A stretch of 64,000 nucleotides of DNA from Saccostrea echinata (lineage: Eukaryota), in NCBI RefSeq assembly GCF_033153115.1, contig NW_026889803.1:43090001-43154000 (forward strand), read 5' to 3'. The first letter of the stretch is position 1, and the number at the start of each line of letters is the position of its first letter. Below, one piece after another: positions 50,921-63,815 of the stretch. The notes under the pieces are model-generated. The model ran no database searches, was not told where the DNA came from, and saw only the letters and a list, made by a program, of their open reading frames with translations. The position numbers and the translations under genes were made by a program.

Positions 50921-53900
50921 ATGATGGCACCGCTGAAAATCCTAGTTGGTAGGTTTTTGGTATTTTCTTTAGCTGTCTCGCAACTCAAGTTGCAGATATA
51001 TTACTAATTTTTTATGTTAAGATGTAGTTAAGCAAAAAATCCCACCATAGCATTGTCATTGATCATAATTTAAAAGATGCGCTTAATCCGAGATTCCTCT
51101 AACTCTCACTCGCCTTTAGGCCTAGTTTATCATGTGTTTACAGCTGCTAAATTTTGACATGCAAGGGGATAATCAGTCTGACTCACTCGGCACATGACAA
51201 AATATTAAGCTGTAAAAAAGACAGAGGAATTTCGGGTTTTGCACTCATCAGCTACATAAAGTGATAAAAAGAGGGTAGCTGATGTTACAGTTTTATTCTG
51301 AATTTCTAATGTTTCTATGGTTAATATTTGTATTGCAGTTAAAATGATATATTTACATTCCACATGTATTTTGCTTATGAAGTGTGTGGAAAGTATATGG
51401 CACCTCATTTAAATCACCATAACACAGACGGGGGTCAAAAGGTTAAAGGGCCTGGACACAGTTGCATTCTGTTTACATTTTAAATTTATATGCCTATTCA
51501 AAAAATAAAACCAGTTAAATGAATTGAACTTACATGAATAATCTTAGAATTCAATGACAACAACATTCTTCTTTACATCACGTCAAACATTTGTTTTTGT
51601 AAACAAGCTCTGTTATTGTTAATGTTTACGTTTGCACACATCACTGTGCATGGACTAACAATACTGGTGAGTTGGTTTTGCTTTCTCACATTTTTACTCT
51701 GAGTTTTCTGGATTATGGTTTTAATATTTTTCATTAATACACAGCAAAATTTCTACTTTTCCAAACTATTAAGTAGCAATCAAACATGTCCCGAAATTCG
51801 TAGTTTCAATAATTTCCAGATAAAGGAAGTTTCTGAACACGCTTATATTATATTTCTGTGTGAAATGCTGTTGCAACATATAAGTCATGATATTATACAG
51901 AAAATTTGAGAAAATATAATTTCAAATCTGTGTCCAGGCCCCTTTAAAGTATAATTTTTATTTTATAATTTTGATGTCGCAAATGTTGAAGGCTCTGCAA
52001 CATCATAAGTAAACTGCAACATCATAAGCAAAAATCAAAATTCATGCTGTCATTGAACAGTTAAATGGTAATAGCTGATGGAATGGATTTTCCATCAATT
52101 GTAACTTACCTGAAGAATAATACAGTGAGGGATATTGAATTAATTATATAAAAACATTTGCAGACAAGGCAGGGAGTTAAAATATGTAAATTGATACACT
52201 CTTCAGAAAAAGGAATGTGTCGTAATTTTTTTTTGTCGGTTTCTGCACCACATCCTTCAGGTATAAAAGTGCTATCAAAAGCTGGAGTTCTCTATATTTT
52301 GATTCTGTTTTATTTGTCTCTGAAAATTGACACTACATATATTTAAAAATGCTGAATCTGAATGTTGCATATCACAAAAAGGAAATTGAGCAACTGGAAG
52401 CAGGTGTACCACAGTCTACATTTGCAAGAGGTTTTAAATTAATCTTGCATAAATATAGGATCTCCCATGATTTGTAGTTGGATATGATTTTTATGCAACG
52501 AGTTGTGTGTTTTTATCCTCGAGCCTTGGCAAGGGGATAAATACACACAATGAGTTGTATAAAAATCATATCCAGCTACAAATCATGGGAGATTCTTTTT
52601 ATCCCTTGTTTTATGCATCACTATCAATATTTTACACCATTTTATACATGAATCCACTTTATTTTACTTCATCACTTTCACGCAAAACCCATTGTGATGT
52701 CACAGCAGTGGGATATGAAAAAAATATCTATTGAGTGATATCCATGGGATAAGGGGTAAACATGGGGTAAAGCACCATATTATCTAACCTATGAAACAGA
52801 TACCAATATGGTACAGCAAATGATCGCCAAAAATATGGCAGGCCATGCGTGACATCAGCAGCACAGGGTCGCTTCAGTGGTTTGCATATTTTTCATCAAT
52901 GTTTCACAATAATGTCATCTACAGCATTAGCTATCTCTGAAGTGCACAGAATATCTAACAAGACCCTTTGCAATTGAATATATATGGGATTCTGGAATTA
53001 TCACCAGATCGAGGACTTATTTATGCCATTGTTCTGACCCCACAACACAACAAAATATCAACTTCAAAGGTCTCAGACCAAAAGAGTATGGCCACAGCAA
53101 CACCGCTGAACAGTTTGGTTTAGATACTATATGTTTATTGCAAAGCCTGATGTAAGAGTGCATAAGCTTTCTAATGAATGTTTTACAAAAAAATGCCTCC
53201 GGGAAGTTGATAGATTTAGTGGTGGTAGTGTAATGATGTGGAAATCTGTATTATATACAAGTAGGACAGATTTGGTTCATATTCAAAGGACTTTGATGGA
53301 AAACTGTACTCTTACGACGTCCTACCTGCACATGTCTTTCCAATAATGCAGCATCCTGGAGCCATATTTCAGTCTGGCAATACATGGTCAAATACTGCTT
53401 GTTTGACAATCGCATTCGTGCAAAGCCAGAGCATCCTGTTCTGCCTTGGCCATCTAAATTGCCAGATTTAAACCCCATTGAATATGCATTGGAAAAAATG
53501 GATAGGCATATACACCAAAGATAATCACATCCCCAAGCTCTGTAACAGCTAATAAAAGCACTACATTTAGAGTGGGATAGCATTCTCATACAGTTTTTAT
53601 TCACTCATTTGCATCCATTGGGATGACGTTTTAGGCTATCATTGGTGTGAGCAGGGGGCATACCAGATATAGACCTTTAATGACCTTAACTTGAACTGTC
53701 TATGATATTGTAAAATTTTTGAGTAATTATAACATTTAGGTTGTAGACCTATTGTTTACCACATTTCTTTATTATCAATAAATCATTCTACTAAATAATT
53801 TTTATGTTCAATGTGACACTACAATTTTACTATACGTTTTCTTTTTTCGAAGAGTTTATAATAAGCCATTGAATCATTATTTTTTGAAAGATGAAGTCTC

Positions 53901-56900
53901 ATAACTGCTACTGTGTGTGCAAACAAATTTTCATGATGCGCTAATGAATGTTACTCAATTTTTTGGCAATATTGTTAAAAGCAGTATTTTTATGGTAATA
54001 TGTGCTGATTGCTTCATCATTTATAATGCCATAACACAGTTGGGGAGGTCAAAAGATTAAGTAATGATTTTTAACTCACCTCAAGGAAGTTGGGGGGAGC
54101 TTAATATGTAATATATGTACCCTCAGCGTCAGCATCCCAGGTTAAAGTTTTTGGAGCAGTTTTCTTTTTAAGTACTTCTGTGCCCTACATTAATCAGAGA
54201 TGCATGGAAGGTTTTCCCTATCTGTTGCATAAATTTGCCATGACTGTGAAAGGGAAAGGCAAAAAAGAGAATTGCAAAAAGAATATATTTAATATCTAAT
54301 TATGATTTTTCAGACTATTCTTAGGTATGTTTGTTTCAGATTTATGTAAATCTGACCCAAAAATTTAAAGAAACTCTACTAGTTTCCTGTGTTATATATG
54401 AAGACTTAGTCAGCTGTGAGACCTAAGGTAAGTTTGTATGCAAGTCGGTTAACCTATCACAGATTGCCATCCCTAATATAAAGACAATCCTATTCGTTAT
54501 CTAGAATTTGATTCTTTTACTAAAACCAGTGGTATAGTGTAAATGCATCTTGTATATGAAATTCCAATCAGCTATTAACTTTTTAACAAGATTAAGCCTA
54601 AAACTTTGTTTTTGAAAAAGAGCTGGGCAACTTTTTCCAGATTAATTTTTTGTAGATATCATTGTTTATTTCTAAAATTTATAGATGAAAGATTATAATT
54701 AAAGTTTCAACAAATTTAACAGTAATCAAAGAATGTTTTTCAGTGTATCATCCAAGTATATCTTGAGAGAAATTTTGCTTTTTTGTAGAGAATAAAATGG
54801 CCTCTGATCTTTTGATGGGTGCCATTCACAACAAAGACTTGCTGTCTGTCAAAAAAATCTATGAGATGGAGACAAGAGAAGATAATTTCTTCTCACTGGA
54901 CTCCATCAACAGGGAAGAACAGATGACCCCTCTGTGCTTGGCAGCAAAACTTGGAAATAAGGAGATAGTGGAGTTTCTCCTGCAAACTGGGGCCAAACCA
55001 AATATTGCATGCACGTGTGTCCACAGAAACAAAGCTGCTTTGCATTTTGCTTGTGAACACTGTCATGCTGATTCAGCTCAAATTGTGCAACTTCTGATAA
55101 ATGCTGGTGCTAATGTGGAGCAAGAAACTTTTGATTTTGAGAAAGCACTGCATTTTGCATGTGAATTCAACAACCTGCCAGTTGTGGAATGTCTAGTGGT
55201 GAGTGGGGCTGATATTAACTGTGTCAATTTAGATGGAAAATCACCTTTGTCCTTAGCTTGTTCAAGAAAAAAACACCCAAGAACTCTGTCCATAATCAAA
55301 TTTTTAATTGATAATGGAGCAGATACTAATAACTCAGATGGAATGCAGAATATCAACCCAGTCAGATTGCTTATTCAAAACAAAAACATAGAGGGCGTTC
55401 ATTACTTGATTGACAAGCAGCTTTTACCTCAAGATGAGGATTTTTTAACAGATGCTGTATTGACCTCATATCCAGAAATGGTGAAAGTCTTGATAGATCA
55501 ACAAATTGAAATCAACGAATCTTCCTCCCTGTTTCAGTTGACTGCCCTCCATCAAGCATGCATGTCCCCTGTGGTCAGCCCAGAGATTGTGGAAATATTA
55601 CTGATGCATGGTGCTAATCCAGATGTTAAGAGCAAGTTAAAAGATACTCCTCTTCATTATGCATGCCAAAAAGGAAATGTCCATAAGGTGGTGTTGTTGC
55701 TCAAATATGGTGCAACCATTAACAATTCTAATAAGCATGGATTTACTCCACTTGATGCTTGTTTTGTGAAATCAAGTTGTACAAGTGATAAGAAGCTGTT
55801 GATTATGAAATGTTTTGTGTTTGCGGGGCTAAAAGTTGACAATGCCTTACAACAAAAAATGTCCAGATTTAAAGATCACATAGATCCAGTAGAATTCACC
55901 TTGATAGACAGTCAGCTAGCTACTTACTTGAAGGCTCCGATGAGTCTTTTGAGTATATGCAGGATTTTTATAAGGCAGAGAATAAATTTGCACAACCAGA
56001 ATATCCAAGGCATGTTGTCACAGGAACTACCTTCTGCTGTTTGTGAATTTCTACAGTTTTCTGATTTGTTGTCTTTGTGTGAAAAAGACCAAGACTGAAT
56101 GTAGAAATGATAAATATTTATGAACTTTTTTTGTCCCAGTATTATCATTTCAAAGTGGTTGCATATCCATAATATTTGTTGTAATTTGGAATTTGATGCT
56201 TATTTATTATTAGAGCTCATCAAGATGCAGGTGTCCTATAGGAATCACCTATCTGTCTGTCAACACTTGTATCTGACATAAGAACTGGAGTAACACTGCA
56301 TGTTTACTATGTGTGTGTGTGTGGGGGGGGGGGGGATTAGAGGAGGAAACTACCTGTATTGACCAGTTGGTCAAAGGTCAAAAGTAAACTACATAAATTG
56401 TACTGGTTGTTTTTATTATCATTCCTACAAAGGTAGAGAGTGGTTGATGGAAGACATCTGGACTTTTTGGAGTCACTTAATTGGTCTAAGGTCAAAGCTA
56501 AAGATTATCAAAATGACCAGTGTGATGCAATGATATGGACATTTTGTAGCCTGTAGATTTCATATGTAGTATAAATGGAAAATGGTTAGAGGAAGACTTT
56601 TAAGTCACTTCTCAAAGGTCAAGGTCACTGATTGAGATTAAAATGTGTGATGCAATAACTAATCCTACAGGTTTTAATTTACTTCAGGAATGCTTTGAAA
56701 AGAATCACTTGGTCAAAGGTCAGAATTGTTCTCAAATAACCAGTGTGATGCAATAACAGGAATAGTTTTACAACTGAAAATCTTTTTTTATAACTACATA
56801 TTATATATGAAGATTTGTTAAAAGGAGAAGAAATTTCTTGAATAAGGTCAAAAGTTAGACTATTTAAATGGGTGTTATATAAGAGATGCAGTTGCTGAAA

Positions 56901-59900
56901 AATTTGGTATTTTTGAAGCTAATGAAAACATTTTTACTACATGTACATAGGTGAACAATGACTTTGAGTTAATTCTTTCAACGGTCAACATTAAAGTGGT
57001 TTATCTTCATGACCACAGATTATGTGGTACAAATTTTGAGTATAATTCAGAATGCAAAAAAATATTCACACCACAATTAAAAAGACTATTATATATACAT
57101 TCTATATGGCCAATTGTTCAAAGGACAATGTCAAAATCTTAGATTATTGATACCTAATATAAGCATACCGTTTGACTTTGTTAGTTTTCTAGTTTTAATT
57201 TCACCTGAGCAAAGAGGCTCAAGCGAGTTTTTCTAATTGAAAAGTGTCTGACCTGTCTTTTCATCATGTATAGTCTGTACACTTTCACTTCTTTCGACTT
57301 CTTCTCCAGAGCAACTGGACCAAATTCAACCAATCTTATCACAAAGCATCCTTTAATGGTTAAGGTGATTGAAGATTCTTCAAATGAAAGTCCATGCCCT
57401 CTTTCAAGGGGAGATAATTAAGAATTTTTGAAAATTTAATGGCATCTAATTCAAGAACCACGTACAGGACCAGAATGATGAAACTTTTGTGAAAGCTTCA
57501 TTATCTAGTGTAGAGTCAACTTTGTTCAAAACATGACCCCGAGGGGTAGGTTGGGGCCACAATGGGAGATCACATGTATGTAGGAAAAATGTTGTTCTCA
57601 AGATTAAGTGTTTTAAAGAATCTTATTAAAAAAGCTATGATTAGTCATATTATTTGGAAGCATCCTCAAGAAGTGTAGATTCAAGTTTATTCAAAACTTG
57701 ACCCCTCGGGGTAGGGTGGGGCCACAACAAGGGATCAAAGTTTTACATAGAAATATGAAGGAAAAAATCTTAAAAATCTTCTTCTCAAGAACAGCAAAGC
57801 TATGATCATGATGATTAGTAATATTTGTATGGAAGCATCCTCTGGTTGTGTAGATTCAAATTTGATCAAATCATGACCGTTTGAGATAGAATGGAGCCAC
57901 AATATGTGATCAAAGTTTTACTTAGGAATATATCAGAAAAAATCTGCTGCTGCTGAAGAACAGTAGATACGGCCTTAGGAACTCATTTAAGCATAGTGGC
58001 CCATTGGCCTGTTGTTATTATTATATTTAGTGTTGTCATTTCTAATTCTGGAGTATACTGCAAAAAAAAAAAAAAAAACTTCAAAGAATGTTTATGTATT
58101 ATAAAGTATAGGCAGTACATTTATGACTTTGTTGAAGGAAATTAATTTGTATTTAGATATTCTATTTATCTTAAGTACAAGTAGAATTGATATCTATTGT
58201 TTGATTAAGGATTGTTTTTTTCCCCTCAGTTATTAAACTGTTGATTTTCAAACATAATTATTTATTTTGATTTATTATATTAACTTTAATTGTCTATAGT
58301 ACAACTTTCTCCTGGTGCAAAAGCCATTTATACAATATCTGTGTACTGGAAGGGGAAGGGGGGATAGTGACTGCATGACCTGTGCATGCATCATATCCAC
58401 ACCATGTATCCATACTTATGCTTGCTTCAGAGGTCATGACATGCTAAGTTGCAAGAGGAATAAACCAGAAGATGTGTCAAAGGTCAAGGTCAGAGGAATA
58501 ATGGATTATGAACATGTAGTAGTTACAAATTAGGAGGTTCATGTAAAAGATGCACAAACAAAGGAGGGTGTTATGGTGGAATATTATATGCAGGTTATTT
58601 TTCTACAGATTTAATCCAAGATAATTATGTCATATATCAACATGCAACATAACTATGTTGATCTTCATGCAAGAAAAATGTAATCAGATAGGAATTTTCA
58701 AATATTGCCCTTCAAGCATACTAGATACAACTTATTTATGTTGGCAAACAAGCAATTTTATGTTGACATGCAACTTATTATCATCTATTATAAACCTGAA
58801 ATGATTTTCTTCTTAAGCGGGCTCCAGTGGATTTGTGGGACGAAATCTTGTTCGACTGTTGTCTAGATCAGAATGTGAAATCATACAGCTAAACAGACGA
58901 AGTAAACCCTCTCGAAGCAAATTAAGCAAAGAAATCACTTGGGTAAGGTCTGTTTATTTATCAGATTTTTGTTTTGGATTAATAGTATTATTTTTATGCT
59001 TGAATTCTAAAATGTAAATAATGATAAGCATAATTATAACTGTACATAGCCCCCCCTTTCCTCTTAAAAAAAGGAGGATGTTGCATGTAAGCATTGATTT
59101 CTTTGGAAGAGTGTTGGCCACTCTTGATTAGAAAGACATATTTCTGTTTTTGTTGCTTTTTCAATGTGCATGTGAACCATGTATTCTGTTTTGTTTTTGA
59201 AATACAGAGTGAGGTGAATGACAATGGATTTCCAAGTGATCTAGATGTCCTCGTAAACTGTTGTGGTTACAACATTCTGAATCCATTTAAGAGGTAATTC
59301 TTCTTCTTTGCCATTTCAGTCTTTGAAGGGTAAAAACCTATTTCTGAAGTCTCGTATATCTCACTTCCTTGATTCTGCATGACATATTACATGATGAAAT
59401 TGAGTTGCCATTTAAAGGCATTGGGACAGGTGAATTTCAAGAAATTTCAATTTCTGCCTTGACCAAACTTAACGACCCTCTATACATAATGAAAAAGTTT
59501 TTGGACATTGAGAAAATTAAATTGTAAAAAGGTGTAAATATTGAGTTGATCTCTTTCATTTTCAGCATAGGTTTATCTACCATTTACAGATTTACCCCCA
59601 GGAAAAATGAAACTTTAATGTCATTTCTGATAGCAGCATTAAGATTTTTATCTTTATGATTATTTTAATTTTGCAGGTTCAATGCTGAATATAAAGAGCA
59701 AGTGGAGTCTAGTCGTATAGAGACGTCTAAAATATTATCTCAGTATTGTGATACTACTCCTCGCACTCCCAAAGCTTTCATCAGTATGTCTGGAGTAGGT
59801 ACGCAAATAAAAGCTTCTGTGGTATTCCTCCAGTTATACACATGTGCTTCAAATACATGTTGTTTGAAAGCATTATTTCAAATGGAAATTAGAATGTTGA

Positions 59901-62412
59901 CATTTCCTTAATATTTTACAAATTTAAAGAATATAATTACATTTTTAAAAAGAAAGTTTATATTAAATACCGGTAAAATCCATTTTAAATCTAGGTGCAA
60001 ATAATAAAATTGGTAAACTACAGAAAATTTGGGACTGGCTTCACAAAAAAATTGAACTTTGTAAAATTGCTTTCACTGGCGTATTTTGTTACTTTTTTTT
60101 CCAGCCATATATAAGCCTGACCCAGTCAAAGAATACACCGAAGATTCCCCGGTACAGCCGTATGATTACATGTCAAACCTCGTCAAAGACTGGGAGTTAG
60201 CGGCCAAAATTCATGCAGACACAGAGAAAAAATGCCGACAGGTCATTTTACGATCAGGTTAGTATCAGTGAGTTGCTCAAGGGATCACTGAATATTTTCT
60301 ATAAAAAGGAAATTGTAATTAGAGACTATGTTTGGAATTGATAGTTATTATGAAACACACAAAAATTAACATTTTTATGCCCCACCATGAATATGGCCGG
60401 GGCATATAGTGTTTGTCATGTCTGTCTACCGCCCTTCCGTAATACTTTGCATTTAGCTCAGTTTCAAAGAAACTATTCAAGATATTTTTATCAAACCATA
60501 TATGCTGATACATACTGGTAAGGACTATTCAACTTCTTCAACATTTTTGACCTTGACCTCACTTTTCTTAAATTAGTTTTTAGCAAAGTTTCAAAGAAAC
60601 AAATGAAGATATTTTTATAAAACCGTATAAGCTGATACTTACTGGTGAGTTCTATTCAACTTCATCAACATTTTTTTACCTTGACCTTTCCTTTGACTTC
60701 GACTTCACTTTTCTTAAATTTGTGTTTAGCTAAGTTTCATAGAAACAAATGAAGATATAATTATCAAACTTTATATGCTGATACACATTAGAAGAGTTAT
60801 TCAAGTTCATCACTTTTTTGTCCTTGACCTTTCCTTTGACCTTGACCTAACTTTTTTCAAATTTGTGTGTAGCTCAGTTTCAAAGAAATTATTCTAGATA
60901 ATTTTTATGTAAGCCTGTGCACTAATAAATTATTTGTTGAGAATTTATCAACTGTGTCCAAATTTTTTACCTTGACCTTCCCAATGACCTTTGACTTTAC
61001 TATTTATTGTGTATAAAACTCAGTTTTAAAGAAACTATTCAAGATATTTTCATCAAACTTCATGCACTTACACAAATTTTCATATTTCATTACTAATGAA
61101 CCCTGGGCGGGGGCATTCATTCCCTATGCACATATTTCTAGTCCTTTTTAAATTCAACCTTTAGAGCACAGGCACTTGACATTTTAAACCTTTCTCTTTA
61201 TTGATAAAATATCCCCATACTATATTAGTATGGGGATATTTTTATCAATAAAGAGAAAGGTTAAAACTTCAAGTGCCTGTGCTTTAGAGAGAAATATACA
61301 GAAATAGTAATTTTTTTAATCTTATTTTTACCTTACTGTCATTTAGCAAAAAATCTGAGTAGGTACATGTTTACAAGTATTGATAAGGGCCCAGCATGAA
61401 AATGCAGGAGCCCTAAAGGAATCACATTGTCTGTCCATCTGTTTTTTCTGTAAACACTTTTGTTGTGACGAGTTTTAAATGATATGCTTTCAAATTTTGT
61501 ACGTAACTACTTTACTGTAAGAGCAAGACACCTACAAAGTTTAGGGTCATATCACTTGTTTGTCTATACATGTGTTTGAAGGTATATCGTGGACTTTTTT
61601 GTGACTTGATAACTTGACAGTTTTCAACATAACATTTTCACATTTTACACAGAAGAACTTTACTATAAGAGAAAGGCCATTATAATTTAAGTGTCATTTC
61701 ATTTTGTCTGTATGTACATATGTATGCCTGAATGTACATCTTGTTAGTCCTTTAACAGCCCTTAGCAGGCCCTCTCTGACTATGTCAGTTCTCTTGTTTC
61801 TGATAATTTGAGAAATCAGAATAAATTGGAGCAAACATTACCAAGTAGAGAAGAATGTAGCTTGTCAGACAATATGCTGAAGAAAAATTGATCAATACTT
61901 AAATATACATGTATTGGCTTGCACTGTCACTATATTATCATTGATTAAGTTAATCCAGTCGTCTATGGTGCCTCTAAAATAAAGCTCTTGCTCTCTTTAC
62001 AGGAGTAGTTTTAGGACGAGATGGTGGTTTGATACAAAACCAGTACTGGCAGTTTTACTTTGGTTTAGGTGGCCCCATTGGTAAAGGAACACAATGGTTA
62101 CCATGGATTCATGTGGACGATGTTGCTAGTTTAATTCATTTCTCTATTTTCAATGATCATGTTCGGGGTATATTAAATGCTGTGGCTCCTGACACTGTCA
62201 CAAATGAACAATTTTCAAAGGCTTTTGGCGCTGCATTGGGACGTCCAGCAATTTTACCTACACCAGGTTTTGTCATGAACCTTGTTTTCGGAAGTGAACG
62301 TTCTGTGGTAGTTTTGGAGGGACAAAAAGTTATTCCCAAAAGAACTTTAGAAACAGGTTTTCAGTTTCGGTATCCAAAGGTACAAGATGCTTTGCGTCAG
62401 TGTGTTGGATGA
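50921..62412 (+). CDS. SDR39U1: Epimerase family protein SDR39U1 (atypical short-chain dehydrogenase/reductase); 6 exons, ~307 aa
   Basis: join(50921..50948,58818..58942,59208..59293,59677..59798,60105..60257,62003..62412) = 924 nt, phases consistent. Rossmann motif ILVAGSSGFVG spans exons 1-2. NILNPFKR, SSRIET, RQVILRSGVVLG, GLGGPIGKGTQWLPWIHVDD and LEGQKVIPKRTL match SDR39U1/YfcH-type proteins. Confidence 0.9.
51447..51943. mobile_element. Kolobok-like MITE
   Basis: TTAA|AGGGCCTGGACACAG ... CTGTGTCCAGGCCCCT|TTAA. Confidence 0.75.
52197..53856 (+). mobile_element. Decayed Tc1-like transposon (transposase pseudogene)
   Basis: TIR TA|CACTCTTCAGAAAAAG ... CTTTTTTCGAAGAGTT|TA. Broken transposase motifs IEQLEAGVPQSTFARGF, DRFSGGSVMMW..RTDLVHI, LPWPSKLPDLNPIEY and GHTRY-stop, with multiple stops and frameshifts. 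Confidence 0.8.
52459..52594. repeat. ~135-bp palindromic MITE core inserted in the Tc1 relic
   Basis: atctcccatgatttgtagttggatatgatttttat...gtgtg / cacac...ataaaaatcatatccagctacaaatcatgggagat. Confidence 0.75.
54797..56098 (+). CDS. Ankyrin repeat and SOCS box-containing (ASB-like) protein, 433 aa, single coding exon, nested in SDR39U1 intron 1
   Basis: Multiple ankyrin repeats (TPLCLAAKLGNKEIVEFLLQTGA, ALHFACEFNNLPVVECLVVSGADIN, TPLHYACQKGNVHKVVLLLKYGATIN). C-terminal SOCS box PMSLLSICRIFIRQRI...LPSAVCEFLQF. A strong acceptor ttttgcttttttgtag ends at 54788, 8 nt before the ATG. Confidence 0.88.
   Translation: MASDLLMGAIHNKDLLSVKKIYEMETREDNFFSLDSINREEQMTPLCLAAKLGNKEIVEFLLQTGAKPNIACTCVHRNKAALHFACEHCHADSAQIVQLLINAGANVEQETFDFEKALHFACEFNNLPVVECLVVSGADINCVNLDGKSPLSLACSRKKHPRTLSIIKFLIDNGADTNNSDGMQNINPVRLLIQNKNIEGVHYLIDKQLLPQDEDFLTDAVLTSYPEMVKVLIDQQIEINESSSLFQLTALHQACMSPVVSPEIVEILLMHGANPDVKSKLKDTPLHYACQKGNVHKVVLLLKYGATINNSNKHGFTPLDACFVKSSCTSDKKLLIMKCFVFAGLKVDNALQQKMSRFKDHIDPVEFTLIDSQLATYLKAPMSLLSICRIFIRQRINLHNQNIQGMLSQELPSAVCEFLQFSDLLSLCEKDQD
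57193..58014 (+). mobile_element. HINE/Helentron-like element with ~175-bp internal tandem repeats
   Basis: Start tcacctgagc...ggctcaag, end gtggcccattggcctgttgtt; three units gaagcatcct...gtgtagattcaa...tgaccc...ggggccacaa. Confidence 0.55.
60370..61142 (+). mobile_element. HINE/Helentron-like element with tgaccttga-rich tandem units
   Basis: Start tttttatgcccc, short GTCT microsatellite, repeated ctcagtttcaaagaaactattcaagatattttt units, end gggggcat...ttctagt. Confidence 0.55.
61167..61281. mobile_element. 115-bp hairpin MITE, hAT-type
   Basis: CACAGGCACTTGA...TCAAGTGCCTGTG, nearly fully palindromic; perfect 8-bp TSD CTTTAGAG. Confidence 0.85.
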
Positions 62413-62722
62413 GGATTGTTAAGCCTTTAATTCCAGTTAATGTATTTTCAAGCATCATTTATAATTGATATTATTGTTCTTAGGACTGTTGTTTTCTTGC
62501 TTTTTGAGAACAGATTTTGAGTAAAACTTTGTGCTAAATCTATTTGTTATTAACAAAGATATGTCAACTAAAGTTCTTAAATAAATGACTGTTCTTGCAA
62601 TTCTAATGCCATATTTGATATTATGGTGTGAGTTCTAAAGTTTCCCTCTAGATCTGCCCATGAACCATGCATTTAATTATTTAAGTTCCCCAAACGAGGT
62701 TTGGGAATATACTGTTTTTTTA

Positions 62723-63815
62723 TCAATTGATATATGCTGTGGCAATTAAATCTGTGTAAGATCCGAAGGACACCGTGTAGGTCTTGACATCCATGCTATG
62801 GCCAGCCATTGTGAATCTACAGTCTCTGTTTTGGCGCACAAAGAAGCAGACGGTATACATGGCAAGGTCAAACTCAGGACTGGAGCCGACAATGAATGAA
62901 CTAAGGGATTTAATCTGATGATGCCACTGGAAGTGAGTGCCTATAATTTCCGGCTTTATAAATTAAAAAAAAACTTATAAAAAAGGTTATTTAATAAATT
63001 TTTCGTCCTTTTTAGAAAATTTCAATAGAACAATATTATTAATATTTCTCTATTTTAAATAACTCAAAACGTTCGTCCTTTTATAAATATCAATAGAACA
63101 ATACATTTTCTCTATTTTAAATAACTCGAAACGATCGATTGCTTACCTGTTTTGTATAGACAAAGCCAAGATAGTTAAGGTTTCCATGCTTTTCTTCGAG
63201 GTAATATTGGATCCAATTGTGAAAACCGTCAACTTTTGAGCTGGTAGTTTCACCAACAAAAACGTGTTCAAATCCACTTGTATCTTCGTGTGTCGTGTGA
63301 GATGAGCGGGGGTAAAATTCAAACCAAATTTTCCTCAGAGTGCTTATAAAGGCCGACATCGAACTCCCGGTGTATCCTTTTTTTCAAATTGTATACAATA
63401 TTTACTTTAACTACATCTGCAATTATGGTAAAGTTGACATTAAAATTCCTTCTATCAGATGAGTTACTGAGGTAGAAGGAGAATCAAGACAAGTGAGGAA
63501 ATGGGTACATGTATATTCAATTCTCTGATTTAACAGCAGTGGAGTAAAGCGAAATGATGAATACAACGAATTTTCAAACTAAGCTATGGTAGAGAAAAAA
63601 AATTCTGAAAACCTTTTGAGTGTAGGAACTGCTGTGCTAGTTTTATGACACTCGTCTGCGAAATCTGGGAGAGAAACATGGAGACTTCTGTATCCTCGGT
63701 CGTTGTCTGGTATTCACTTGTTCCGGTCCTGTAGTGGTAGTTGTTCAGAAGGGAAATAAAAGTGGAATAAGTTGGTCTATGAAATAGGTGACCCTCATTT
63801 ACATAGCTAAAGAAC
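62723..63815 (-). CDS. ENDOU: Uridylate-specific endoribonuclease EndoU/XendoU family, last three exons (5' part outside window)
   Basis: Exons 63815-63613, 63376-63147, 62953-62723 (TGA), phases consistent. Catalytic His-His-Lys in SGFEHVFVGE, GFHNWI and QIKSLSSF; also GSSPEFDLAMYTVCF and IATAY. The exact paralogue is unknown. Confidence 0.9.
63002..63133. repeat. ~70-bp imperfect tandem duplication in the last EndoU intron
   Basis: ttcgtccttttta...caatagaacaata...tttctctattttaaataactc.aaacg occurs twice. Confidence 0.8.

Noticed and set aside
62413-62722. Overlapping 3' UTRs of SDR39U1 and EndoU
   Set aside because: The genes converge 310 bp apart, but AATAAA (+, 62579) and ATTAAA (-, 62677-62672) allow non-overlapping ends; no evidence of overlap from sequence alone.
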